From: the human T2T-CHM13v2.0 reference genome, Homo sapiens
Reading direction: 5' to 3' (one strand)
NCBI RefSeq assembly: GCF_009914755.1
Contig: NC_060932.1
Length of the DNA stretch: 64,000 nt
The notes beneath the pieces were generated by a model. It saw only the letters and a program-made list of their open reading frames with translations, had not been told where the DNA came from and made no database searches. Both the position numbers and the translations under genes were made by a program. Positions 28,480-41,850 of this stretch are shown piece by piece (the stretch's first letter is position 1; the number at the start of each line of letters is the position of its first letter).

Positions 28480-29792
28480 GCCAGGACCATGAGAAGGCGT
28501 TGCTGCTATATAAGGGGAGCAGACAAAATGTTCTGCACTTAGGAAACCTACTGGGGCATCTCTTAGAATTATCATGCTATGGCTTGATAGAATGTGGTAA
28601 CTAGGGGCCGAGACTCCTCAGGGATGGTGGTTTTAGTAGCCCCTCCAGGAAGGTCACCCACACTGACAGAGGCACTAGCCAAAGCTTCATGAGGAATCTA
28701 AAACAGTGTCAGAGAAGAGGGATGATGACCATCACTTACGGCCTCAGGTCTAAATGCTACAACAGATGACTTTTTTCCACTAACTTTTCTGTTTATAAAT
28801 TTTCTCCTAGAAATTGTGACTAACCTGAAAATGTAAGAAGCTGTGACAGATGAGACAAACTTAATGTGTCCCACCCAGAGTATTTCAGGGCAATGTTTCC
28901 AATGCCTGATTGTCTATTGGGAATAGAATAACCCAGCTCCTTTAAGTCAGGACCACCCCTAGGGTATATTTTATACTTCAGAGCCTTCTGCAGACCAGGC
29001 TGCAGTTGGAGCTTCCTGAGAAATCACACATCTGCTTGGCTTCTTCCCTTCCGTCTCCTGCTTCCTGTCTGCCTTCTTATAAGAGAACATCCTTAGTACA
29101 TCATTTATACTGGGATCCCTGCAGCAGGATCTGCTTCTGGACCTACAAGAAACATGCATTGGATATGGATTGAATGAAAGCTTAAAGGACAGAATCTGCA
29201 TGTTTAATTCGCTTGAGGTAACTGTTCTCATTTAGGTAGAAAAGGAGTGAATGAACATTCTGAGAACGAGTTTGGAAACCCAGTTATTGGATGGTGTGTT
29301 TCAGAAATTTAATGAAGCTAAATAAATTCATAATTCTTTTTTGCCTGCCTATCAGCTGAGACAGCTTATTACACATGCAACAGCTTAGATTCAGCTGAAA
29401 TATAATAGAGTCTATGTTCTTTGTACTACAAGAATCCATGATTTTCTACCTAGGAGCTCCCTCTGCCATGATAATATGTTTGCTCTGATGTTAGGTGGGC
29501 TGAAACGCAGGGAATTAATATCCTCAGGGCAGCTGTCAACTAATAGTTAATGGAAATTGTTATATTAAATATTTCATATTTCTTACTGCTCAGGTGAGTC
29601 ATCTCTGAGGCTGTTCTGCTCCATCTCCTGGAGACTGAGACCTTGTTTCCTACAATGACATTCCCCTTTAGCTTCTTTTTCTTGCCTCTCTCATTCTCCA
29701 GCCCCCTACTGATGTTTCTTGGGATCCCATTCCAAATCTATTTGCAATAATCCTGTGTCAGGGTCTTCTTCTGGGGGAACCCAAATTAAACC
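28480..29792 (+). mobile_element. ERVL remnants: internal 3' fragment plus two LTR16/LTR33-like LTRs
   Basis: LTR 3' ends of the type 'TCAGGGTCTTCTTCTGGGGAACCCAAATTAAAC'. Confidence 0.5.
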
Positions 29793-30589
29793 ATGAATTT
29801 TCCACCTCAGACCTTTCCTAGTCCCCTGAGTGCCCTCTACTGAGATGCAGTGTCTATAAGAGGCAATTTACCTACAACACTACTCTGCAGTTTTGGAGTA
29901 TGCTTCTTCTGAAGTTATTCTACACTTTGTAACTCATATTTATGAATATGGTTAGTAAGGATACATACTTTTTTTAAAAATTGTGACAATGATCTTAACA
30001 ATATTGACTGATATTGCAGACGATACATTTGAGATTAAAAAAACCAAGACTCATATTAAGGAAATCATAACCCTCCCAGAAGTGGTGTACAGCTGTTCTG
30101 CAAGTCACCAAGTCAGGCAGTATCTATCAAGCCTTGGGCATGCATAGAGTACTGTGTGGGAGCCAATATAGTTGTGAGTGTGGATGTGACTTTGAGGAAT
30201 ACATCCCATTAGTCATGAAAGCCAAGAGGATGTTCACATTGGTTAATTAAAAAGGAATGAAACTGATTTCAGTATGGGGTTTGCTCAGAAGGTATCCCAA
30301 GAATTAGCTTTTAAGGAGGAATTCTCTCCTGGGTTTGAGTTAAAAAAGTCAATCCTAAAATAAGTGAATATCCAGACCCCCAGAGTGGCTAGTTACCATG
30401 TTCTAACATTCATTAGGTTTCATGAGATGTAACACAATTGATTAACATAAATCATTCTATTTCATATTCTACCTCTTAGAGTCTTCAGTTTTTGCTAGTT
30501 GCTTTATATGAGTTTGTCTTGTTTCTACAGGATTTGAGATGTGTTCTGTAAATCCAGTGTATTGCACAATTTTAAACACAAATGGTGAA

Positions 30590-31430
30590 TTCACCCACTT
30601 TTTAATTTCACAAGAGTTTATTAAGTACTTATAGTGCTCCAGGCACTGCCTTCTGAGAACAGATGCCCACTCACTACTGCAACCCTATGTCTCCCCTTGC
30701 CATGAGAAAGCATCAGAGAACACATGGTCTTGACCTGCAGGGAGCTCCTGGTCTAGCTGCTGAGACAGAAAAAGAAGGAGGAACTTGCTAAACAGTGTGG
30801 TAGGTGTTGTGACTGGAAAGGGTAGGGAATAGAGGAATTTCAGCCAGACTCAGCTTCAAGGTGATGGGGAAGGCTGGGGGCTGAAGTTGGGGCCTGGGAT
30901 AAATCCAGAAGAGGTATCCTCTAAATTCTTATATACATACATTGGGACTTAGCCAGTTGGAGGGAGGACATTGGAGGTGGAAGGAAAGGCACAAGCAAAT
31001 TCCTAGACATGGAGAATTGCAGGGGGTGAAGGAAAGGCACAAGCAAAGTCCTAGACATAGAGAATTGCAGGGGGTGTAGGAAAGCAGCTGGAGCTTCTGC
31101 ACAGCTGGAATGTAGAGTTGGCTAAGGGCTGGCAAAAAAAGGGGGTGACTTGGAACATGAAGGGTTTGAATGTTGTGCTATGTAGCATAGGCTTTCCTTG
31201 AAGGGCAATAGGGAGAGACAGAAAAATTTTGAACAGGTTGGTAACAAAATCAGATTTTCACTTTTGTTCATTCTGGCTTCTCTGTGGAAACTAAATTGTG
31301 AGAAAAAAGAGTGGAACGAAGGCAGCCATTTTGGAAGGTAGTACAGTAGCCTTGGAGGGATGAGGTGACACACTGATTGAGTCAGCATCAGTGCAAATAG
31401 AGAGGTGTAGAAATGGGTATTCACAGGGCA
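30590..31430 (+). mobile_element. L2 LINE remnant
   Basis: L2 3' sequence (TTTATTAAGTACTTATAGTGCTCCAGGCACTG...). Confidence 0.6.
30980..31075 (+). repeat. 48-bp tandem duplication
   Basis: GAAGGAAAGGCACAAGCAAA[T/G]TCCTAGACAT[G/A]GAGAATTGCAGGGGGT occurs twice with 2 mismatches. Confidence 0.95.
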
Positions 31431-31628
31431 AGAAAGGCTATGTGTAAGAAGGTGGGGTGGGGTTGGGACAGGCAGGCATGGGAAGGAAGTGCATCACATG
31501 CAAGTAAGTGAGCTAGGCTGCAAGGAGGTATGCCTCAGCCTCTTAGCTTTACTTGGGGTGGGGGGTGGGGGTGGGAATGACCGCAGCCCCCTTCCTGTTT
31601 CTGGTTTTTCTGTTTGATGTTATCTCTG

Positions 31629-32040
31629 TGTGAAACTATTCTAGAAGATCTTTGGTCAAGTGTGACAAGACCTACCACAAACTGTCCCCTTTCATCTGCT
31701 GACAAAACCTGCTGACAAAGCAAAAAAATCTACATCCTGTTCTTTGTCTCATAGCTGATTAGCTGAGATAATCTCTGCTCTCCGAAGCTTACTAAGAAAA
31801 ACCACAACCACTACTGAGAAAAACATCTCCAAATGTTTTGGAAAGTTAACAAACTGTGACATCTGCAGTTTGCAACTGACCACAGTGTTAAACCACATCA
31901 TTTGCATTTGTTTACCCCTCCCTATAAAAGCCAAACTGCCTAAGAGGCTGAGCCATTCCCATCATCTTCAGATAAGGGTGGTTTCCCTATTGCAATAGCC
32001 CAAATAAAAGCAATCTTTTAACTTGTCTGTTTCTTTGACA
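31629..32040 (+). mobile_element. 5' LTR of the outer ERV1-class provirus
   Basis: TATAAAA at 31923, AATAAA at ~32003, ends TTCTTTGACA, followed by a tRNA-His-type PBS (TGCTGCCATGACTCAAAAT, 32045-32063). Confidence 0.75.
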
Positions 32041-33403
32041 GGATTGCTGCCATGACTCAAAATGGGACCATGCCTTCAGATCTCCATCTGCTCCACCCAG
32101 GTAATAAGGACACTTGGAGCCTTCATGCTCCATTTGTGACTGGCAATACAGGGACCTAAAGGTGAGCCCTATTCCTAATTCAATGTTCCAGACTCTTGTC
32201 TGTTGGTAGCATGGTAGGAATTTAATTTTCATTGAGTATGCAGTTGATCTCTAGTGCTGGATTTGTGTGTGTGTGTGTGTGTATGTGGTCACTTGGTAAT
32301 CTCTGTAAATGAATTAAATGGTTTGCAGATATTGTGTCTCTGTTACGTCAGAAAGATGCCAGAAAATTGGGTTTGTTATTTTTGTTCGTCTATTTTTTTC
32401 TCTATTTTGAACTCAATCAAGAATTTCTACCCAGTGGAACGAAAAGAGCCCTTTTTATAGGAACAAGTGAGTTATGTATTTCTGTGTTATGCCTGGTCTA
32501 TGGCTGAGATTTTAGAATTAAAATGATAAGTTCTCTAGATCTGTATGTATATTTATGTGTCTGTGGGTATGTAATATTTTCCTGCCTCCAGATGGTATTA
32601 CTAAATTAGATTATCAAAATTTTTAAAGGTACTATTTTCTGATTGACTTAGAACTAACTAAAGTCTTATATAAATAAAATATTCAAAAATTTCTGGAAAT
32701 TAAGATAATTGCATTTCTACTTTTAATATGCTTATAGATACTAGCTTGAATATTCTAAGAATTTAAGTTACATAATTTAGGTAAATTTTGGCAAATGAGA
32801 CTAGCTTTATTTTGTTGGTTTAATTAAAACAGTTATGTCTTCTGAGTTCTCAGTATTAGGTATTACACAAGCATACATTTTAATCTACTTATGCACATTC
32901 TTCCTCAGCTTATACAGCTTTCTTGGTTTAATAATCTATCATTTTAGTTACTATATGTTTATAATTATAAAAATATAAATTTGCATTTAGTTAAATTGAA
33001 TCACTGTTTTGACAAATGTTAATTCAAAAGTAACTAATTACATTTTATAGTGTGTCATCCTGGCTCAAGACCAAGATCTTTTGATAACATAAAACTTTAG
33101 ACTGATGCTAAATTTGGTTAATTAATGGGCATTCATTAGATACCTAGATTATCTAACTATAATAAAATACTGAAGCATTAATTACTAAGTATAATTTTCT
33201 GCTTGTAGACTTTTTGCTGCTTATTTTTTATATAATACGGAGAGCCTATATATTTGGGTGTGTTAATGAGCATGTTTATTTTTTGCTACAGTGAGTTTTA
33301 TTATAGGGATGTTTATTACTGCAAAAATAATGAGATGTATATTCATAAGATCTATTAGTCTGCTACGAAATAGTGTGTATGAAAATAGTTCACAATTATC
33401 CAC

Positions 33404-33898
33404 TGAAAAAGACTCTTCCCTTGACCAAACTTGAGTTAGGCTCCTTGGAGCATTCTTCCTAAGTAGACTTTGACCTTGGCCTGCCCAGCCGAGTTTTAGT
33501 AAAGATTCCTGCTTAGCGAATTTATCAAGAATTTACTAATTCTTGATATTAGACTACTGGATATTTGATCAAGTTTCTCACTCTCCACTCTGGATATCTT
33601 AGTTTTAGAAAGTAGTTTTATTATTAATAGTTTTATTAATTAACAGTTTTATTATTTAAAATAATTTTATTAAGCCAGTTTAGCAAGAATCCCTCTACCT
33701 TTGATATCTAGGTAAGTTCTTAGTAAATTTCCATCTGCTTACCACCTTGCTCTACTCCTTGGCTATAAATCCACAACTGTCTTTGCTGTATTAGAAGTTG
33801 AGCTCAGTTCCATACAGAAACCTCTCTCTCCTACTGCAGCAGTTTGAATAAGATCTATCTGGCTGTTTTAATACATATCCAGTAACTTTTCTTTTATA
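33404..33898 (+). mobile_element. MER31-type solo LTR
   Basis: Starts TGAAAAAGACTCTTCCCTTGACCAAACTTGAGTTAGGCTCC; has a TATAAA box and AATAAG. Confidence 0.75.
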
Positions 33899-33941
33899 CT
33901 ACCTCCAAAGTTTCTCTATGCAATAGGAGTTACCGTAGTTA

Positions 33942-34243
<302 letters not shown>

Positions 34244-37176
34244 GTTATAATCAATATATGTCAATAAGATGAATGAGACTCTAGTAGAAGTGACTGTGGC
34301 AGAAAGGAACATTTTGAGTGCAAGGTATGCAGGATATTTTTTTGTTAAGGAAAACAAGAGTAATTTTTTTCTGAAGTAAAATGAGTAGTTATTCCAGGAT
34401 GAGAAAGGGGAAAGTGTAGGGCAAAACCCTACAAAACCCTAACTAGATAGAGAAAGCTGTAGAAGGTTCATGGATAGGAAATTTTATTTCTTGTAGTCAC
34501 AGCTGGCTGAAGTTTAATGGGTTTGTTTACAAAATGTTTAATATAAGCATTAGTATCAAATATGCAGATGCAAAACTAGAATTTGTTTTATTCTCTATTA
34601 AAATAATTTTTTTGGATTAGTGTATTCTCTTAGTAAGAGCTTGTAAAATATTTTTCTTTACCTTCTGAGTAATCTTCTTAGAAGATAAACATTCAGAATC
34701 TCATCAGAATAATTTTCCATGCTTTGTGCTGACTTTTTCGAGTCCTTGATTATTTAAGAGAACAGTCTTCATATAAAAGAGATGAAGTTCTTTGCAATTA
34801 TGTTACCTCCTATATCTACTCTAAAATTATTTTACATCATTTGATTAAATAGATAACCAAGTACTATTTCTCAGTAATCCATTATCCTACTTAATTAAGT
34901 ATTCGAATTTCCTGACAATGTTTTATATTTTACCTTCTGAAAATCAAATCCTAAATGGTATCTTTTGCACTGTCAATGAAAAAAAAATGTACAAATCTGA
35001 AGTTAAGTGAGGAAATCATTACTAAGGGAGAATCTTATAATAGAAAGATGCTCAAGATCTAAGCCAGGAAAGTCTCAGGCATGGGGTGAGCAAACATAGC
35101 TTTTATATGCAGAGACCTGGGAAGAGATGCTTATGGAAAATGGAAGGGGATTTGATGCTAAGAGCTGGTATGTGTGTGTGTGGTGGGGGTGGGGGCAGGG
35201 TGAGGGACTGTGGGGTGGTGAGGGATGATGCTGAAACTTACTGGGCTACATCAAAATTGGTAGCAGAGAAGTTAAGGCAGGAAGATTGGTCTATGGTTAG
35301 GCACATGGGGTGGGATTCTGGGTCTAAGACAGAGCAAACAAATTAGAATGCTGGAGGAGGTTCATATAGATTGAGAACCTAGTAGTTTAGGCAAACCAAC
35401 CTAAAGTTGTGTCAAGGACAGTTTAATCGCCCTATCGGTCCTCCACTCTTGTTCAAGAAAGGCTCAGAAAAGGTGTCCTTGAACAGAGAGACAAGGAGCA
35501 TCTCAAGTAGGAGATGGCCAAGTAAAGTAGTCCCAGGTCAGGATTGCTCAGTGTTGTTCCTGGAGGACTAGTTAAACCATGTGTTTTACATGCTGGCAAA
35601 GGTCAGTTGTTTTACTGTCCTTCAGATCAGGCATCTTAGAAGTGGGATACCTAAAAGGAAAAAAGAGAAATGTTAATATAGAAAGAGAGATTAAACTGAG
35701 AAAGACAGAAGTTGAACCCAAGGGTATCCATTTCAGGGGATTTCAGGGGGTTAGTGGATGAGCCCTTTTGATCATGTAGCATTGCTCTTTGAGCGTTTTG
35801 ATGCTCTTGGTAATGTTGCCCAGAGCCTGGATTACCTCTTCTATCAGAACATGCGTGACCTGAGCATTTCCCATCCTTTTTTTGTGGTCCAGTCAGGGCT
35901 TGTCCAGAGAAAAAGAGAACCATGCATAGTCTGCTAGCAATGATGGGTCTTTATATGTTTATAACAAGTCATCAGACTTGAGATTGTAGTAATACTTCAG
36001 AGACTGGGGGCCAGCCACAAGGCAACCTAGGGTCTTAACTGTCATCTGGATAGTAAAGTTTTCTCAGTGACTATGAGTAACAAAAAAGGAGAAAAATTGG
36101 AACGTTAGTTGAGGGGTTTATGGCTAGATATTGAGGGAAATTGGAAGATTTGAAAATTTAGTAAAAGTGGACAATTTGTGCAAGATAACAGATTCAAGTA
36201 CAATTTATTAGTAGTTACAAAAACTGATTGTCCCATAGTGTGAGAGAAAGTCAATTAAATCTCTACTAGAGAAGAGAGAGTTTGCATAACTATCAGTTAC
36301 TCTCAGTTTACCAAGAGGCACTAAATAGCTCAAACACAAATTAACAGGATCAGAATCTGATAATCCAGAAAGATGTGCTATGATTTCCCATGGAAACACA
36401 AATTTTCTTTCTACAGTTACTCCTCCTCTTTTGATCAAAGACAATCTCAAAGAAAGATTATTCTTGATCACAAATTAAGGTTGGTCTCATGAGATTCGGC
36501 CTGGTTATTTGCATAGGTGCTGCAAGAGCAGCAATTTACATATAGATCATATTATATTTGCTTTGCTGGAAGTTTTCATAAAGAATGTCAAATTGGACTT
36601 TTCAAAGCCTCTTGAGGATAAGAAGCCAAGCCAACAACTCACATCAGATTTCACATGCAGTACCTATCGATTTGGCAGGCATTCCTTTCTTCTTGAGATC
36701 CCACAAATATCCTAAGATTCCAGAGCCTGCTGGGAAGTGACATTCCTTGCTCACCTGCAAAGCTGCAAACCCTGCAAAGCCAGGTTTCAAGCCAGTTTTC
36801 GCAAGAGGAGCTTTGTAAGCATTGGCCCTATAAGGTCAACCTTAGTTCCTTAAAAGTGTCTGGTCATATCTGATTAAATAAGCGTCACTCTCAAATATGA
36901 CATCCAGGCAAAGCCTTGGTTGTATTACCAATGTTTTTGTGCCCTGTTAACAAAGAGGACAGACTCTTACTGAATCTATGCAAATAACCATATTGCCATG
37001 AAAATAAGAAGACTCAAGGAGAATTTCCAAATTTTGAATGGGTGAGTCAGGGAAGAAAAGAAAGAAGTTTCATTTCTGTTTACAAGAAATTAGCATGGTC
37101 TATGAAATTGTTATGAGTGATGAATAGCTTAAAAAAAAGAGGAGGGGTTTTCTTATGTCCAGAAAATAGGATATTA

Positions 37177-37500
<324 letters not shown>

Positions 37501-38040
37501 CTATTCCAAAAAAGTCCCATAATTATCTATCATCAGTTCATTCACTCCTGTGGAATTAGTTCTTGTCCCACTTGATCCCGGATTAGTAGGCTTATGAACC
37601 CATCTCTTTTTCAACTAGAGTTCTGGAATTCCTAACTCAGTTCATTGTTTTGGTCCCAAAGTTACTTAAACAACGTAATTAGAAACTTTAACACAACAGC
37701 ACCTAGCATAATCCTTTTCCACATACTTCTGAGTCAGTCCTTTTTTGTGGAAACAAAGTCCTCCATAGATAACAAAAGACTTAAAATTGCTGTGGTTAAC
37801 ATATTTTTGATAATTTTTGAAAGTAAAAGATCTGATGAAAGTTTGCTATAAAAATAATACATTGACAGAAAAATTTAATTGTCGTTATGGCACTTAAAGT
37901 TGCTACAAAAAGTTTCAGAGAAAATATGTGTAAACATAATAATTAATTTTATTTTCAAAAAAGGGTGGATATTACATCAAATTTATGAAAGTGGATGGGC
38001 ATAGTTTTTATAGAGAAAACATTTTCAGATATAACATGAT

Positions 38041-38404
<364 letters not shown>

Positions 38405-38979
38405 TCAAACATATAGTTAGAATATACCAAGAATATATTTAGATTATCAAGCAAAGAGATTCAGTATATTTGTATAGGTTTAGGAAAAAAATACTCAAGT
38501 AGAACAAAAATGTATTCTTACCATGTGGACAACTCAGAAGACATAGCTATATTTATTAAATCAATTATATTAAACTACTCTCAATGGCCAAAGGTTTATC
38601 TAAATTAGGTGAACTTGAATTTTTAAACATTTTGTTAAGCTTTTATAAAAATACTTTTTTCACATTGATGATATTAGAAATTTGATTTTCCTAATTTCAA
38701 GGAAGTTCAAGAATACTTAACTTATGTAGGCTCTCATTCATCTCTAAGACAATCCAGAAGGAGCTTATTTAAGGCGTTTTATAATTTAATGTGGTAATAC
38801 CATCTGGAGGTAGGAAAATATTACACAAACAAAATGTATGTGCACATGCACAAACACACATACATAAACATATAGGCAGACATAGCCAACTTACAGCTTT
38901 AATTTTTAAATTTTAGCCATGACTTAGGCATAATCACAGAAATGCAAAACTCACTGATTCATATAAAAAAACAGAGTAT

Positions 38980-39292
<313 letters not shown>

Positions 39293-40508
39293 TCATCATT
39301 GCCTCACGTTTATATTTTTACAAGGATAATATTTTTGGTAGATGGGGCAAGTTGAAGTAACCTGTTCAGTATGAGAACTGAAGCATCTTCACCAATATTT
39401 GTGTAGGAGACCCATAAGCTACCCTTGGCTCTGGTGTATAATTCTAGGGAAGCTGTGGACTCAATTTCAAGGGAGGCATGGAGGAGAGACCAAGTGGTCA
39501 TCTGGTGTCTCCAGAGCCCACCTGAGGGGATAAAACATTCAGCCTGTTTCCGGTGAGCCTTTTTAGCCTCAGGCTGTTGCTCTTAGTGCCCCTGGGCTTC
39601 TCTAGAGCCTCCCATGAAGGGACAGGACTTAAAGCTCAAGGGATTATAAGGAATTGAGGGGCCAGAGTGGGAGAGGAAAGGTCTGGCAGGAGTGGATGGA
39701 AAGGTGGAGGAGATAGAGGGTTGAAAGAGGAAGATCCAAGGATTAAAGGGAGCTGAAGGGAACATGGAAGATGGTAGAAAAGAGAGATTGGGGGATAGGT
39801 GATGAGAAGACACAGGTCACAGATTGGGGAAGGACGACTGTCTTTGAAAGAAGCAATGGTCACTGAAAAGTTTTTGAGAGAGAGCATTTTTTTTTCCTGC
39901 CTCTTTGTACCAAATGCCCACCACCACTAACAAAGCATCTATTGCTTGGATGAGATCTTGGTGGCACAGGATTCAATTGCCCTTCGCAGAATGAGGCAAT
40001 TTGGAAAAATTCTACGTTCTCCAAAGAGGCCATTGAAATTTAAGTTGTAAAATATTGCCATTTTTTTTTTTTGGAAGAAAGTGGGTGGAATTATTACCAT
40101 AGTAACACAGAGCATACCCCAGAGTTGAGGGTTCTGGAGAACAACAGCCAAATTGACGGTTTCTCATGATAATGGAAGGGACACCTGCTGGTGCTAGAGG
40201 CTTTGGGATTTCAACTCAGGTATGATTCTCAGGAGAGAATGAGGGGCTTTCACCACACTCAAAAAAGGCAGAAGGGAAAGATGGAAAAACAGAAGAAAAT
40301 GACAAAAATGAGAGAAATATAAGTCAACTTCTCACTGTGCTACAACAGACAGACGTCTGGAGCACTGGATTAGAAATCATGACTTACCACTGTGTATTCT
40401 GATTTCCCCAGCCAAGGAGAGGCACAAGGAGTCCAATAAGGCAGCACTGGGTGAAGAAAGCAGGACCCAGAGGCAATGGGCATTTTGTCCAAGTCATGGC
40501 ATCATTAT

Positions 40509-40940
40509 TGTCAAAGAAAAGAAGTTTAATCTAGACATTAGTCTAGAAAAACTTTCTTAAGAAGAGGAGTATTGCAATAGGAGTGGGGCAACAGCATAAC
40601 AGAAAGATGCTCAAATCCTAAGTCAGAGAAGGGATGAGTGAGCAAAGCTTTTAAGATACCTGTGGAAAGTTGAGGGGAAATCAACAAAACCCTGCGAAAA
40701 TCTGGCGGTGGGAGGGAATTCTTAAAACTTAACAAACGTCCTCAAACGTTATATGAATAGGAGAATTGAGACAGGAAATGTTGGTTTGTGGTCAGGCACA
40801 TGGGGCTGGGTCTGCACCCAAAATGGAGCAAACAAGTTAAAGTGAGAAATTCACATAAAGCAGAGGGCCTGTTAGTCCTCTGCCAAACAGCCAAAAGTTG
40901 TTTCAGCTAACAGTCAAGCACAGTCTTCTCAGCCTCCTCA
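40509..40940 (-). promoter_or_regulatory. 5' LTR: candidate promoter with ETS and RUNX sites
   Basis: ACAGGAAATG (40771-40780), TGTGGT (40787-40792), TATA-position TCTTAAAAG at ~40648-40656 on the - strand, and a downstream donor GTG/GTAAGT at 40388. Confidence 0.45.
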
Positions 40941-41203
40941 GTGCCCAAAATTGCCTTTGAGATTTCCCAGAGGACCTCTGGAAAGTTGCAAAGATGTGTT
41001 CTTTCACCGTGGGAAAAGACAAGAATTGGAAACAGTTAGGATTGTTTGATATGTTATCATTGACAAGATGTCTAGGAAGCATTGTCCAATCGGAAGAGAT
41101 GCTCAGGTTTGCATAGATTAAATTTGTGTGGGTAAAATGTCATTAACATAAACATGTTTAAAACTGTATTCTACATAAGAAGTTTCTGGAGAATTGTGAA
41201 TGT

Positions 41204-41850
41204 GTGTGTGTTTTTTTTTTCTTTACACTTTTAAGATTACAGTGTTAAATGTTTATCAAGTTACATTTCTACAGCTAGCAGGATAACACATGTGTTACTG
41301 GCACTCAGACCTCATCCTAGGGAATGTTTACTGGGAATTCCCAAATACACCACAAGCCAAATAACTTCCAGCATTTCCCATCTTTGTACTTTCTTCATTT
41401 CCATCTTTGCCCAAGTCATCTGGTTTTTCATGGACCACCATTGCATGGCCAATGATGGAGTGGCCTCCTGAGAGTGAGATCATAGAATCTTCAATAGACA
41501 CATCATTGCATCATCTTTGCCAGCAGTCACATTGCCCAGGTGTTTAACATGCCTCTCTTGATCCTTTGGTCCACCGTGTTTTGGGGATAGAGGATTAAAG
41601 TGAGGACCTGCACTGGTACAGCCTTGTATATTATTTGCACACTGATGAACATGGCATCTGCTGGCCTTCAGGCAATCCTGTAATGTGTCCCAACACCACA
41701 ACTGGTCCATTTTCCTTCTGCTTGAAATGGATAATTCTCGGTACCAGCCCTTCGCCCTTCAGCATGCACTGATGGGGCCACGCTCCTGTCTGGGTTCTGA
41801 GGATTGCCAGGGAAACAGGAGGTGCTATAAGAGATGACAACACAAACCCC
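41204..41850 (-). pseudogene. SOD1P3: Full-length processed pseudogene of Cu/Zn superoxide dismutase SOD1
   Basis: Intronless; translates to [54 protein letters not shown] and [19 protein letters not shown]; has SOD1-like 5' and 3' UTRs, poly(A) at 41211-41224, TSD AGAATTGT[G/T]AATGT (41190-41203 and 41851-41864), frameshifts and a deleted start codon. The SOD1 parent is certain; the 'P3' number is from memory. Confidence 0.95.

Noticed and set aside
35651-35923. Possible env-derived ORF in the inner provirus
   Set aside because: It sits where an env remnant could be, but it is short and has no recognisable furin site, CKS-17 or CX6CC motif
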